Made by a program: the position numbers and the translations under genes
Shown here: positions 1 to 10,030 of the stretch, in pieces
Position numbering within the stretch: the stretch's first letter is position 1
How the letters are laid out: each line of letters opens with the position of its first letter
The notes under the pieces: generated by a model
Told to the model about the DNA's origin: nothing
Databases searched by the model: none
Seen by the model: the letters and a program-made list of their open reading frames with translations, nothing else
NCBI GenBank assembly: GCA_965208675.1
Contig: OZ242351.1
Location: 672,001 to 736,000 of the forward strand
Length of the DNA: 64,000 bases
From: Candidatus Poribacteria bacterium
Lineage (GTDB): Bacteria; Poribacteria; WGA-4E; PCPOR2b
Direction of reading: 5' to 3'

Positions 1-320
1 CAGTTGATCCTCCTTGGTAAGGAGGGCATTAAGAACAAGAAAATCCTCCGCCTTGCGAAGGAGGAGCGAGACTCAATGACCAACTGCCCGCGAGGTCAAA
101 AATTGTCGGGAATTGGAATTCCCTCCTACAGGCGTAAGGCGGTAGGAGCGACTTCCGAATTGTTACGCATTCGGGTCATGCGGTTATTGGATAATCGGGA
201 AAGGGATTTCCCTCCCACAGGGTTCATATTTTGCGGCTTTTGTAGGTTGGATAGAGCCTACGCCGAAACCCAACCTACGACCTTCCCTAGCCCGTCCTTG
301 GTTAGGAGGGCGACAAGAGG
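1..320. repeat. Mosaic of REP-like intergenic repeats
   Basis: Modules CAGTTGATCCTCCTTGGTAAGGAGGG, GTAGGAGCGA..CGAAT, CGGGAAAGGGATTTCCCTCCCACAGG and GTAGGTTGG..CCCAACCTAC recur at about 730-1200 and 12150-13090. Confidence 0.85.
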
Positions 321-495
321 GGAATGTGGCGTCACGGCAAAGCATCTCAATTATAACACAATTTGCTTCCGTTGACAAAGCCTTGAGGTGTAGGTCAAAC
401 TTCGCCTTAAGGTGTTGCACAAACATGACTTGTATGCCTCTCATACCAAAAATGAAATTCAGATGCAATTGCCCTGAAGGTGATTGCTTAAAAAC

Positions 496-524
496 TTGCC
501 TTTTTTTCGCGATCGTGATATAAT
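496..524 (+). promoter_or_regulatory. Sigma70-type promoter with extended -10
   Basis: TTGCCT (496-501), 17-bp spacer, TG-n-TATAAT (516-524). Confidence 0.7.
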
Positions 525-530
525 CCCGGT

Positions 531-684
531 AATTCCAATCAGAAAGTGAGTTCAGAAATTGTTCAATCAACTAAAACCAAGGGCGGCGTGAATGACAGCT
601 AGCTTTGGTTAGATCTACCAAACTTCCTTCCATTCCTTCCTGCCAATCGCCCGCCTGTGAGCAGTGTACCTCACTGCTGTTTTT
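531..684 (+). ncRNA. Candidate orphan small RNA
   Basis: Lies between a consensus promoter and a terminator-like hairpin with no credible ORF; internal stems GGGCG/CGCCC and TTTGGT/ACCAAA; CU-rich tract. Confidence 0.4.
660..684 (+). terminator. Intrinsic terminator candidate
   Basis: AGCAGTG-tacct-CACTGCT followed by GTTTTT. Confidence 0.55.
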
Positions 685-729
685 CGTGCCTTCGACATTT
701 TTCAAATAATAACTTCAACCTGTACAAAA

Positions 730-1200
730 ACTATCGCCTTCCCTAATCGGTCAGTTGATCCTCCTTGGTAAGGAGGGGGACATAAACTCGGGGACCCCAA
801 CAACCAACTAACCCCATCGCGCTGTATTGTCGGGAATTGGAATTCCTTCCTACAGGCATAATGCGGTAGGAATGATCTCCGAATCTCGACACGCTAGGTC
901 AATGGTTGCTCAATAATCGGGAAAGGGATTTCCCTCCCACAAGGTTCATATTCTGCGGTATTTGTAAGTTGGGTAGAGCCAACGCCGAATCCCAACCTAC
1001 ACAATTACAAAGACTATCGCCTTCCCTAATCGGTCAGTTGATCCTCCTTGGTAAGGAGGGGAATAAGAGCAAAAAAATCCTCCCCCTTGCCAAGGGGGAG
1101 TTAGTGGGGGTTAGAGTTTTCCGAATTAACCTCCCCTAGCCCCTCCTTAGTAAGGAGGTGAATAAGGACAAAAAAATCCTTTCATTTGACAAGGGGGAGT
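730..1200. repeat. Mosaic of REP-like repeats
   Basis: Two copies of CTATCGCCTTCCCTAATCGGTCAGTTGATCCTCCTTGGTAAGGAGGGG (about 731 and 1014), plus TCCCCCTTGCCAAGGGGGA hairpins. Confidence 0.85.
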
Positions 1201-1260
1201 TTGAGATTGACAAACGAAAGAGAGCGACTGCTACGAAAACGAAAAAAGGAGGCTGTAACC

Positions 1261-2079
1261 ATGTTAAGAACACCTGTATCATTAACTCTAATTATTGTCA
1301 TGACGGCGGGATGGGTTGGTATCACAGCGGTTGTTGGAGAAGCGGCGATTGACGAAGACGTGGTGCTTGCCATGCCATTTGATTCAGAAGAAGCCAACGA
1401 CATATCTTCTCTTGAACATACGGGCGTGCTAGAAGGAGACGTCAAGGTCGTAGAAGGAAAGATTAGAAAAGCCCTGAGTTTCGATGGGGATGGCGACAAG
1501 GTTGTAGTTGAGAGCAAGGGTGATGCCCTGGACATCGTCGATTCTGACGCCACGATTGTGATGTGGGCGAAGTTCGCCAACTCCGGTGTAAAATTCGATG
1601 CCTTCTGTGCCAAAAACGAAGGCGGCGGCGAAAAACCGAAATGGGTATTCTACAATAGACCCGATGACAACGCTAGACCCGGACTCACGTTCCACATCAA
1701 TTCCGCAGATCACGATCCCCTCTGGTTTGGTAAAGTCCCTTTTGTCGCTGATAAGGGCAAATGGTATCAAATCGCTGTGGTCGTGGAAGGGCATGACTAC
1801 ATTTTTTATGTGGATGGAAAAAATGTTGGCGAAGAGTCTGATGCTACCAAGGAGAAGATATCTTTGGTCGAACGTGCGCCCCTGACAATCGGGTGGTCTG
1901 AAGGCAACTTTTTCTTCAACGGCGTCCTGGATGAGTTCCTTATGGTCAAAAGGGCTTTGACCGCGGAGGAACTTAGCAGCCACTTTGACGGCGGTGTAGA
2001 GGGATTCTTGGCTGTCCAGCCCCGTGGGAAACTTAGCGCAGTCTGGGGCAACATCAAGGCTGGTATATTCCGCCATTGA
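1261..2079 (+). CDS. Secreted LamG/concanavalin A-like domain protein
   Basis: AAGGAGG RBS, signal-like N-terminus, GKIRKALSFDG / WYQIAVV / FNGVLDEF motifs, conserved C-terminal tail. Confidence 0.85.
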   Translation: MLRTPVSLTLIIVMTAGWVGITAVVGEAAIDEDVVLAMPFDSEEANDISSLEHTGVLEGDVKVVEGKIRKALSFDGDGDKVVVESKGDALDIVDSDATIVMWAKFANSGVKFDAFCAKNEGGGEKPKWVFYNRPDDNARPGLTFHINSADHDPLWFGKVPFVADKGKWYQIAVVVEGHDYIFYVDGKNVGEESDATKEKISLVERAPLTIGWSEGNFFFNGVLDEFLMVKRALTAEELSSHFDGGVEGFLAVQPRGKLSAVWGNIKAGIFRH

Positions 2080-2086
2080 TTCAATG

Positions 2087-2236
2087 TAGGCGTTTCGCAG
2101 TTGATCGTTCAAAGGTTCGTAGTAGGGCAATTCATTGCCCGTTTCTCCATAAAACAACATGTCAGGTCAAGGAAGTGTGCGACCTGCCGGACGCGCAATA
2201 AATTGCGCTACTACAAACTGAACTGCGTACGTCCTA
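2087..2236. mobile_element. MITE (YAGGACTTACGCA-type TIR), degenerate left end
   Basis: TAGGCGTTTCGCAGTT...AACTGCGTACGTCCTA flanked by 5-bp direct repeat CAATG. Confidence 0.75.
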
Positions 2237-2411
2237 CAATGTTTAAAAGCCTGTTTGAATGATGGGTGGCAAAGCCATTCTTGGGCGTTTGAGTTACTAT
2301 AATCTGTCGCCCCGCTGGGGCTTTGGATGTAAGGTGAATTTTCGTTTCTATAAATCTGAAAAAACTATCTTCGATTTGATGATCGAAGATCCCCTCCGGG
2401 GCTTTGGCTTA

Positions 2412-2542
2412 AGAACCTTTTTGAAAAGTAGATGGCAGAGTCATTTATTTGGTCATATGGTGTCCAAATCATTGGATTTTCAAGGCATTTACCGTAAAAT
2501 AGCCTCCCTCGAAGACGGATTCGGACTTTTCAAACCGATTCT
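2412..2542. mobile_element. Second MITE type (imperfect 18-bp TIR)
   Basis: AGAACCTTTTTGAAAAGT ... ACTTTTCAAACCGATTCT, 15/18 complementary; target duplication unclear. Confidence 0.5.
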
Positions 2543-2629
2543 ATGGCAGGTGTGGTCTAGAGTGAATTTTCCTCTTAACTAAAAGGTAATAAGTCCGGAA
2601 AAAATCGTGAATTTTAGGAGAATTGAGTC

Positions 2630-3469
2630 GTGGAATTGACGGATGAAGAACGGTACAACATAGAGCAGCGTACCTATGACTGCAAGCCCGCCCTGACAGA
2701 CAGTCAGGTGCTGGAATTTTGCAAACAAGGGTTTCTCTTGCTTGAGGGTGTTGTTCCGGACGAGATAAATCGCAGGACATTCGAGTATCTCGAAAATAAC
2801 ACCTATTACGAACCGACCGAAATCCTCAGAGAAAAGTGGTTCGTCGAGGCTGTAATTCTTAACACGCAGGCGGCGGGTGCAATCCGGTCGTTGCTCGGGG
2901 CGAGTTTCGGCTTACCGATTCTTATGAGCCAGCATCGGGTTAAGTGTCCGACTTCGGCGCAGGGCTGGCATCGCGATGCCAGCTCGAAATTCGGTCCAGA
3001 GCTGACCTCGCTGCAGGTGTTCTATTACCCACAAAATACACCTGAGGAGTTGGGGCCGACCGAGATATTGCCGGGGTCACATCTTTCCTATGCGCGTCAA
3101 ATAGGGCACTACGGCAGCATTCGCGGTGCGCACAAAACGACTGCGCCCGCGGGTTCAATCTTCATCACGGTCTATTCGATTTGGCACCGCCGCGCCGCGT
3201 CCACTGCGGACGGGATGCGCCATATGTTGAAATACAACTACTGGCGCACCCTATCGCCAGAACGTGATTGGATCCGAGAGCCGGACTTTGATTTTGACTC
3301 GGCTAACTATGGCCCGGATCGGCTGCAAAGCGCTCAGATGTTCTACTGGTTATGCGGGAAGGAAAGCCAGTTTCGCTGGGTAGGCGGCCAAGCGTGGCCC
3401 ATGCGTTATAGTCGCGGAGCCAACTACAAGCCGTACGGATCGCCATCTGCGCCGCCGAGACGCGGTTAG
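2630..3469 (+). CDS. Phytanoyl-CoA dioxygenase (PhyH) family Fe(II)/2OG dioxygenase
   Basis: QGFLLLEGV, WHRD (HxD), GPTEILPGSH, distal WHR; GTG start after AGGAG. Confidence 0.85.
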   Translation: MELTDEERYNIEQRTYDCKPALTDSQVLEFCKQGFLLLEGVVPDEINRRTFEYLENNTYYEPTEILREKWFVEAVILNTQAAGAIRSLLGASFGLPILMSQHRVKCPTSAQGWHRDASSKFGPELTSLQVFYYPQNTPEELGPTEILPGSHLSYARQIGHYGSIRGAHKTTAPAGSIFITVYSIWHRRAASTADGMRHMLKYNYWRTLSPERDWIREPDFDFDSANYGPDRLQSAQMFYWLCGKESQFRWVGGQAWPMRYSRGANYKPYGSPSAPPRRG

Positions 3470-3553
3470 GCGGCGAGAGGATCGTAAACGTCTGTTATTG
3501 TACCTTTTAGGTCTTCGACTCGACCAAATGCCAATAACAGAAAGGAGAAGAAA

Positions 3554-4372
3554 ATGAGAATTGTAATATTTGTCCTGTGGATCGTTGGTTTGGTGTTCGC
3601 TTCCTCTTTTGGAGAAGCAGCGGTCATTGACCGAGACATCGTGCTCGCCGTTTCGTTTGACGAAGCCGGTGTTAGAGACCTGTCCCCCCACGGCAATGAC
3701 GGCATCCTAAAGGCGGGCGCCAGAAAGGTAGAAGGCAAGTTCGGAAAAGCCCTTAGCCTGAACGGATCGAACCAGCATGTGGAGATAAAAAATCATGACA
3801 GTCTCATCCTATTTAGGTCCGACTTCACAATGGCGGTATGGTTGAATTTTGCAACAGCCCCGCCGAAGGGCACAAGAGGGTTGGAAGGGTTTTCAATGAT
3901 GAGTCACGATGAAGGGCCCGGAAGTACGGACAAATGGATTTGGTGGTATACCGGCGGCGCGATACACCTCCATATCCATATCAAAAATTGCTTTTGCGGT
4001 AAAGCTGCAACCGCTTGGATTAACTCTGACAGATGGGCCGCCGAGTTAGATGAGTGGCATCAGGTAGCCATGGTAAGGGTGGGTAACAAGTACGCTTATT
4101 ACCTGAACGGCGAGCCATTTGGAGAATTCGATGATAACACCGACCCGACGCCGATGCCCAAAACAATTGACAGCGACTTCCTCATCGGATGGTCAGAAGG
4201 CCCGTTTTTCTTCAGCGGACTGCTTGATGAAATCCTAATTATTAAAAGGCCTCTGAGCCAGGCGGAAATTCTCAGCCACTTCCAAGGCGGATTGAGCGGT
4301 TTTCTGTCTGTTCAACCTTATGATAAGCTCTCCACAACCTGGGCTAACCTTAAGGTCGAGGCGCTTTATTGA
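3554..4372 (+). CDS. Secreted LamG domain protein
   Basis: Signal peptide, EGKFGKALSLNG, WHQVAM, FSGLLDE; paralog of 1261-2079. Confidence 0.85.
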   Translation: MRIVIFVLWIVGLVFASSFGEAAVIDRDIVLAVSFDEAGVRDLSPHGNDGILKAGARKVEGKFGKALSLNGSNQHVEIKNHDSLILFRSDFTMAVWLNFATAPPKGTRGLEGFSMMSHDEGPGSTDKWIWWYTGGAIHLHIHIKNCFCGKAATAWINSDRWAAELDEWHQVAMVRVGNKYAYYLNGEPFGEFDDNTDPTPMPKTIDSDFLIGWSEGPFFFSGLLDEILIIKRPLSQAEILSHFQGGLSGFLSVQPYDKLSTTWANLKVEALY

Positions 4373-4452
4373 AAAGTCTTCCTTGCGGGCGTTGACAGCA
4401 ATTACCCCAAACAAGTGGCTGTGGGCAATGCCGCACGAAAATGGTACTGCGG

Positions 4453-5310
4453 ATGAAGGGTCTAAGTTGCGATTCGGGAATGCTTCACATGTTCAGCCTG
4501 GAACAGGCGATTGATGTGCTTGCAGCGCAGGGCTATAAAGCTATCGACATTAGCCTTGAGAAAGGGCGGCCCATCCTGCCGGTTCCACAGGCGCACATGA
4601 GTCCGGATGCAGATGCGAACACACGCCAGCAGTTGCGAAAGCATGCCGAGCAAGCCGGCGTAACCATCTTGGCATTGAATGCCACTACAAATCTCATCTA
4701 CAATGTGCCAGAGACGAGGCAAGCCAACCTGAAATTCGTGATGGGAGCGTTGGAACTCGCCTCGGATCTTGGCGCAAGGTACGTGGTCACCGGCGGCGGT
4801 TCGAAGAAATTCTATGGGCGGGAAAGCCAGTATTGGGAATGGTTGCTAGCCGCGCTGCGTGCACTGCTGTCCCGTGCTAACCAACTGGGGGTGACGCTAG
4901 CCTTCGAAGCAGCGGGACCGTATGGCCGCTTTGTGCACAATCTGAGCCGGGTGAAGCATCTGCTGAGCTGCGAGGGACTGGAGGCTCTGCGGGTCGTGTT
5001 TGACCCGAGCCATTACCACCTCAGAGGAGATTCGGTAGTGAAGGCGTACGAAGCGTTGAGCGGCCATGTGGCGCACGTGCACACCAAGGACGCTAAGGGC
5101 GACGCGGAGGATTTTGAGTTTCCGCCGCTGGGTGAGGGTGAGGTAGATTTCGACGGACTTCTCGGTGCAATCGTTGCGGACGGCTATGACGGTTACATCT
5201 CGGTCGAGTACGAGGGTTTTGCCTGGGGTTATGAAAGCGACTGCCGGAAAGTGCTTGCTGACAGCAAATCCTTCATTAACCGCATCCTCGCGTCGAAACA
5301 AAATCTCTGA
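4453..5310 (+). CDS. Sugar phosphate isomerase/epimerase (xylose isomerase-like TIM barrel)
   Basis: FE..., FDPSHY, HVHTKD, GEGEVDF, SVEYE metal motifs; start chosen to match paralog. Confidence 0.85.
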   Translation: MKGLSCDSGMLHMFSLEQAIDVLAAQGYKAIDISLEKGRPILPVPQAHMSPDADANTRQQLRKHAEQAGVTILALNATTNLIYNVPETRQANLKFVMGALELASDLGARYVVTGGGSKKFYGRESQYWEWLLAALRALLSRANQLGVTLAFEAAGPYGRFVHNLSRVKHLLSCEGLEALRVVFDPSHYHLRGDSVVKAYEALSGHVAHVHTKDAKGDAEDFEFPPLGEGEVDFDGLLGAIVADGYDGYISVEYEGFAWGYESDCRKVLADSKSFINRILASKQNL

Positions 5311-5372
5311 AAGGTCGGAGACAAAGCGCTTTTGCAGAACCCAAACTAATGGTCGAATTGAGGAGGGCATTG

Positions 5373-6125
5373 ATGTCCGTTGAAGAAGCCATCCGCCATC
5401 TTGCAACCTATGGTTACTGCGTGCTTGAAGACCGCATTCCAGCGGATCGTGCGCAACGCATGGCAAAGAAATATTTGGAACTGCACAATGACCCAGCGGA
5501 CAGCTCGTCAAGCGTCAGTAGCAGCCATTATCAGACGGTGTTTGGAATACTGAATCTTGATGACATGGCATGGGCGTGCGCGACATGCCCGGAGGTGCTA
5601 GCAGTCGCCCGACATTTCCTAGGTGAACGCATCCGCATTGTTTCAGGCGGTTGTTCAAAAGTGACCTATCCCGGTGCGCAGGATCAGTCTCTGCACGTGG
5701 ATTCCGCCGGTTTTTTCCTTGAAGTGCCGAATATCCCGTGGCTGATTAACTCGATTTGGATGCTCACGGACTTCACGGTCGAGAACGGCGCCACGGGTGT
5801 TGTGCCGATGAGCCATTTGTCGCGCCGGAATCACCCACCAAACGGGATGGGGCCAGAGCACCCGTTGGTAAAACCTGTGACGGGCCGCGCAGGTTCGGTC
5901 CTGATGTGGCATTCCGGGCTTTTTCATGCTGCGCGTGCCAATCAATCCAATCAGATTCGCGTTGGACTCAACATGGGCTACTACCCGCGCTGGTTCAATA
6001 ACTGGATGATGGGCGGCCACCAACCCATCTGGCCTGAGACATACGAGCGGATGCCCCCCGAAATGAAGGCCTTATGTCCCGGCCGTTTGGCAAAAAACCG
6101 TGCTGACCTTTATGAAAATCCGTAA
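5373..6125 (+). CDS. PhyH family dioxygenase
   Basis: GYCVLED, LHVD, DFTVENGATGVVPMSH, FHAA; AGGAGG RBS. Confidence 0.85.
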   Translation: MSVEEAIRHLATYGYCVLEDRIPADRAQRMAKKYLELHNDPADSSSSVSSSHYQTVFGILNLDDMAWACATCPEVLAVARHFLGERIRIVSGGCSKVTYPGAQDQSLHVDSAGFFLEVPNIPWLINSIWMLTDFTVENGATGVVPMSHLSRRNHPPNGMGPEHPLVKPVTGRAGSVLMWHSGLFHAARANQSNQIRVGLNMGYYPRWFNNWMMGGHQPIWPETYERMPPEMKALCPGRLAKNRADLYENP

Positions 6126-6160
6126 TCTGGGCACTTGAGAAGTACGTACCGAGACAGAAT

Positions 6161-6527
6161 TAGGACTTACGCAGTTGAACGTCCAAAGGTTCGTATTCGA
6201 TTGTAGGACTCTGTTCAACTTGAAATCTTGCAACCAAAGGAAATTTATCAAGGTTGTCGAGCACCAACTCAATGCGACACACCTGTCGCCCCTCTGGGGC
6301 TTTAGGGCAGATTTTACGCTTTTTCCTACACACCTATCGCCCCGCTAGGGCTTGCAGAAACGGCAAAACTTCACACACCTAAGCGCTAGCGGCGCGACAG
6401 GTATATAGCAACATCAAACCCCTCTATACCAAAGTCCCTGCGGGGCGACAGGTATGTAAGTTCAGTCTCTGGTGGCTTGCCCAATGCTTACAGCCATTGC
6501 CAATTTGACTGAACTGCGTAAGTCCTA
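6161..6527. mobile_element. MITE with perfect 16-bp TIR
   Basis: TAGGACTTACGCAGTT / AACTGCGTAAGTCCTA with 5-bp direct repeat AGAAT on both sides; contains CCTGTCGCCCC..GGGGCT repeats. Confidence 0.85.
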
Positions 6528-6694
6528 AGAATTATGGTAAAACCAATAATCATTTATACACTGCGGTAGGTTCGGTTTCCTAACCGAACCGGTATTTATC
6601 CAGCCTCGTAGGCGCGGTTGGAATCCACATCTACCTAAACATTTGTAAATATGAACGAATTGAATATAAATTGATAAAACACATGCGTATTGGA

Positions 6695-6730
6695 GCAGCG
6701 GAGCGTTGATGCTCCGTTGCTTTAGTTTTC
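6695..6730 (+). terminator. Terminator-like hairpin
   Basis: GCAGCGGAGC-gttgat-GCTCCGTTGC followed by TTTAGTTTT. Confidence 0.45.
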
Positions 6731-6821
6731 AATCTCCCTGCAGCATACAATTTGCATGAATTTTTTTTATAAAGGAGCGAATCGGCGAATCACCACCACT
6801 ATTCAGCAGTGAGGACTATTT

Positions 6822-8756
6822 GTGAATCAATTCGCCCTCATCGAAAACGACAGGGCAAGTGGAATTCCTCTCAGAGTGATGGTCATTGGACTTATTTTGG
6901 TTGTCGTTAACGCCTATTGGATTTCAGTCAATGACCTTGTGAGGGGGCTATCCCATAACTACATGTCGCTCTTTAGTAATGCTGTTTTCACCTTTTTTGT
7001 GGTGATTCTCTTCAACCTGCTTCTTAAGAAACTCGCTCCGAATCTTGCGCTCAGGGACTCCGACCTGCTGGTCATCTACGTGATGGTTGTCATCGTGACA
7101 ACCATGTCCGGAAAGCGAACCAACAGGTTGATTTCGATTTTATCCCACCCCTTTTGGTTCGCCACGCCTGAAAACGACTGGCGGGATTTATTCTGGCGGC
7201 ATATCCCTCCGTGGTTTACAGTCAAGGACGAAGATGTTCTCGGGGGGTTTTTTCTTGGCGAGACCTCCTTCTTTGCCCAAACTTACATCAGTGCTTGGGT
7301 TGGACCGTTGTTCTATTGGTCTGCCTTTACTTTCGTGCTTTGCTTTGTGCTTTTTTGCATCAACACCATTATCCGAAAGCAATTCACTGAGCATGAGAGG
7401 CTTACGTATCCGATTACCTGGCTGCCGCTGGAGATAGGCCGCGACACATCCGCATTCTTGAAGAATAAGTTGATGTGGGTCGGATTCGGTATCGCAGCTG
7501 GCGTGAGTCTGCTCAATGGTTTGAATGTCTTCTATCCTGTCTTTCCTTCAATCCCTGTTGGGTGGACACGGATTGACTTCCCGGATAAGCCATGGAGCTA
7601 CATGGGCGGGACATTGGTTTCCTTCCAGTTGTTTTTCATCGGCCTCTCCTATTTCATGCCGCTGGACCTCGCCTTTTCCGCATGGTTCTTCTATCTCCTA
7701 CAAAAAATGATTCGAATGTTAACGGGAATGATGGGCTGGCGGGACCTCTACTTCCATGAACAGGCGCAAGGCGCGTGGATAGGATTGGGTTTTTTGGCGC
7801 TGTGGGTCGCACGTAGACACCTCAAGCGGGTTTTCATCCAAGCAACCACGGGGAAGGGGATGATCGATGATGCCCAAGAGCCGATGCGATATCGGACTGC
7901 GCTTTGGGGTATTACTGCAGGTCTGGTGTTTCTCCTCTGGTTTTCCTATAAGGCCGGTTTATCCTTCTGGGTACTGCTGCTGTTCTTTGGGATATACTGT
8001 TGCAGCGCCATTGGTTTGACTAAAGTGAGGGCTGGTCTTGGACTCGGTTTTCATGAGATACTACAGCTTGATCCTGGGCGGACAATGGTGACAGCAACCG
8101 GCACGCGTGTATATGGCTCACGAAATCTGACGGTTCTGACGTTCTTCTATTGGCTGAATCGAGATCAGCCCAATCATCCGATGCCGAATCAGCTAGAAGC
8201 CTTTCGAATTGGCGAACAGGCCAACATCAATAATCGGAGGCTCCTGTGGGCGATGCTTATCACCCTGGTCGTAGGCATTCCGGTGAGTTTTCTAATCTAC
8301 CTCAGCCTCTTGTACAATTTGGGTGCCGATAACACGGGGCCGTGGATCATTGGAATAGGAAGGGAAGGATTTGCCCGGCGGCTTCAAATGTGGCTAAGTA
8401 ATCCATTGGGGCGAGATTACGTGACCATGGGTTTTATGGGGTACGGTTTTTGTGTCACCGGCTTTCTGTTAGCCATGAAGGTGCGGTTTCTGTGGTGGCC
8501 GTTTCATCCGGTTGGCTACGTGCTTGCGATAAGCCCGGGGGAGATGGTCTACATTTGGTGTCCACTTCTGATCAGTTGGGCAATAAAACTTGCTATCCTC
8601 CGGTATGGGGGGTTGCAGGCGTACCGCAGGGCAATCCCGTTCTTTGCGGGCCTGATAATGGGCGACTACACCATGGGCGGCATTTGGAGCGTCATTAGCG
8701 CGGTGTTCAAAATTACAACGTATCACATGGGATGGCACCCGCAGTTGCCTCAATGA
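6822..8756 (+). CDS. Multi-pass membrane protein, DUF6785/DUF6784-like (putative transporter)
   Basis: Many TM segments; ERLTYP, PLDLAFSAW, RFLWWPFHPVGY, LRYGG..YRRAIPFFAGLIMG motifs. Confidence 0.7.
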   Translation: MNQFALIENDRASGIPLRVMVIGLILVVVNAYWISVNDLVRGLSHNYMSLFSNAVFTFFVVILFNLLLKKLAPNLALRDSDLLVIYVMVVIVTTMSGKRTNRLISILSHPFWFATPENDWRDLFWRHIPPWFTVKDEDVLGGFFLGETSFFAQTYISAWVGPLFYWSAFTFVLCFVLFCINTIIRKQFTEHERLTYPITWLPLEIGRDTSAFLKNKLMWVGFGIAAGVSLLNGLNVFYPVFPSIPVGWTRIDFPDKPWSYMGGTLVSFQLFFIGLSYFMPLDLAFSAWFFYLLQKMIRMLTGMMGWRDLYFHEQAQGAWIGLGFLALWVARRHLKRVFIQATTGKGMIDDAQEPMRYRTALWGITAGLVFLLWFSYKAGLSFWVLLLFFGIYCCSAIGLTKVRAGLGLGFHEILQLDPGRTMVTATGTRVYGSRNLTVLTFFYWLNRDQPNHPMPNQLEAFRIGEQANINNRRLLWAMLITLVVGIPVSFLIYLSLLYNLGADNTGPWIIGIGREGFARRLQMWLSNPLGRDYVTMGFMGYGFCVTGFLLAMKVRFLWWPFHPVGYVLAISPGEMVYIWCPLLISWAIKLAILRYGGLQAYRRAIPFFAGLIMGDYTMGGIWSVISAVFKITTYHMGWHPQLPQ

Positions 8757-8767
8757 AATAACAGGAG

Positions 8768-8889
8768 CAGGACTTACGCAAATTGAGCAGAAAAAGGTAA
8801 ACCTGGACTTAAAAAGTCGTTATTTCAGTGTTTTTAACCCCCTAAATCCCCCTTGACAGGGGGACTTTGAACTTTTTGCGTAAGTCCTA
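8768..8889. mobile_element. MITE
   Basis: CAGGACTTACGCAAA / TTTGCGTAAGTCCTA with 5-bp direct repeat AGGAG; contains CCCCCTAAATCCCCCTTGACAGGGGGAC. Confidence 0.85.
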
Positions 8890-9007
8890 AGGAGTTTACT
8901 TTCAGATTCATGGATAGAGCGTGCGAGCGCCGAGCTTAGCAAAACTCAAGGGGCGAAAAACAAAAAATATGTGACGCACGCAGCCATGCGAGTCTGCGTA
9001 AAAAGGC

Positions 9008-9036
9008 TTGACAGAACTAAAGTCCCATGATAAATT
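9008..9036 (+). promoter_or_regulatory. Sigma70-type promoter
   Basis: TTGACA-17bp-TAAATT with TG extended -10. Confidence 0.6.
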
Positions 9037-9178
9037 CGCTGACATAATGAGACTTCGATTAGGTTATTGAAATGGGTGTTTGACATTAGTCGTCAATCTC
9101 TCAAATTCGAGTCGCGCTCGTATTGACGCAATTCATTGCCAATTAGTATTGGCAGTACAGCGTAAGAGAAAACATGAG

Positions 9179-10030
9179 ATGAAAGGGCTGAGTTGCAATT
9201 CCGGTCTCTTAAGTCAGTTCTCTATCGAACAGGCTATTGATATTCTCGCAGAACTTGATTATCAAGCCATTGACATCAGTCTTGAGAAGGCGCCGCCGTT
9301 CTTGCCGCCGCCTCCGCCGCACATGAGTCCACGGGCGGGAGCAGAGGAAACACGCCGCGTGCGCAAGCAAGCAGAACACGCCGGCGTTGCTATCGCCGCG
9401 TTGAACGCGCACACGAATTTGATCCACGCCGTACCCGAGGTTAGGCAAGCTAACCTAGAATTCGTGGAGGGTGCACTGGAACTCGCGTCAAATCTTGGCG
9501 CCCAATATGTAGTTTTCGGCGGGGGGCGGAAGGAGTTTTATGGCCGTGAAAGCCAGTACTGGGAATGGCTGGTCGCAGCACTCAGGCATTTGATCGCCCG
9601 TGCGTCCCGTTTGGGGGTGATTCTAGCAGTGGAAGCAGGTAGTTCTCCCGGTTCCCTCCTGCATAATCTCAGCCGCATGCAGTATCTACTGAGCCACGAT
9701 GGCCTGGAAACTTTGGGAGTTCTGTTTGACTCGGGCCACTATTTCGTGCGGGGAGATTCTGTAATTGAAGCTTACAGGATGTTGAATCAGCGGGTAGTTC
9801 ACGTACACGCCAAAGACGCGAAAGGTAATCTGGAGGATTATGAGTTCCCGCCGCTGGGGCAAGGCGATGTTGATTTCGACGGGTTGTTGGGTGCAATGGC
9901 CGCCACCGGCTACGACGGTTACATCTCAATCGAATACGAGGCGTTCGCATGGGGTCATGAAAGCGACCCTCGCAAAGTACTTTCCGAGAGCAAAAGCTTC
10001 CTAGACTGCATCGTCGCTTTGAAACCGTGA
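9179..10030 (+). CDS. Sugar phosphate isomerase/epimerase, paralog of 4453-5310
   Basis: Shares MKGLSC.SG start, FYGRESQYWEWL, EFPPLG.G.VDFDGLLGA. Confidence 0.85.
   Translation: MKGLSCNSGLLSQFSIEQAIDILAELDYQAIDISLEKAPPFLPPPPPHMSPRAGAEETRRVRKQAEHAGVAIAALNAHTNLIHAVPEVRQANLEFVEGALELASNLGAQYVVFGGGRKEFYGRESQYWEWLVAALRHLIARASRLGVILAVEAGSSPGSLLHNLSRMQYLLSHDGLETLGVLFDSGHYFVRGDSVIEAYRMLNQRVVHVHAKDAKGNLEDYEFPPLGQGDVDFDGLLGAMAATGYDGYISIEYEAFAWGHESDPRKVLSESKSFLDCIVALKP

Noticed and set aside
575-665. CGCCCGCCTG similar to the ZTP riboswitch 3' element
   Set aside because: Lacks the closing GGGC stem and 5' GACUGRCG/CAC..GGAG elements; no purine or one-carbon gene follows
4-1139. ORFs 4-375, 184-570, 906-1139 (likewise 12099-12457 and 53367-53849)
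   Set aside because: Translations of repeat DNA or no protein-like signal
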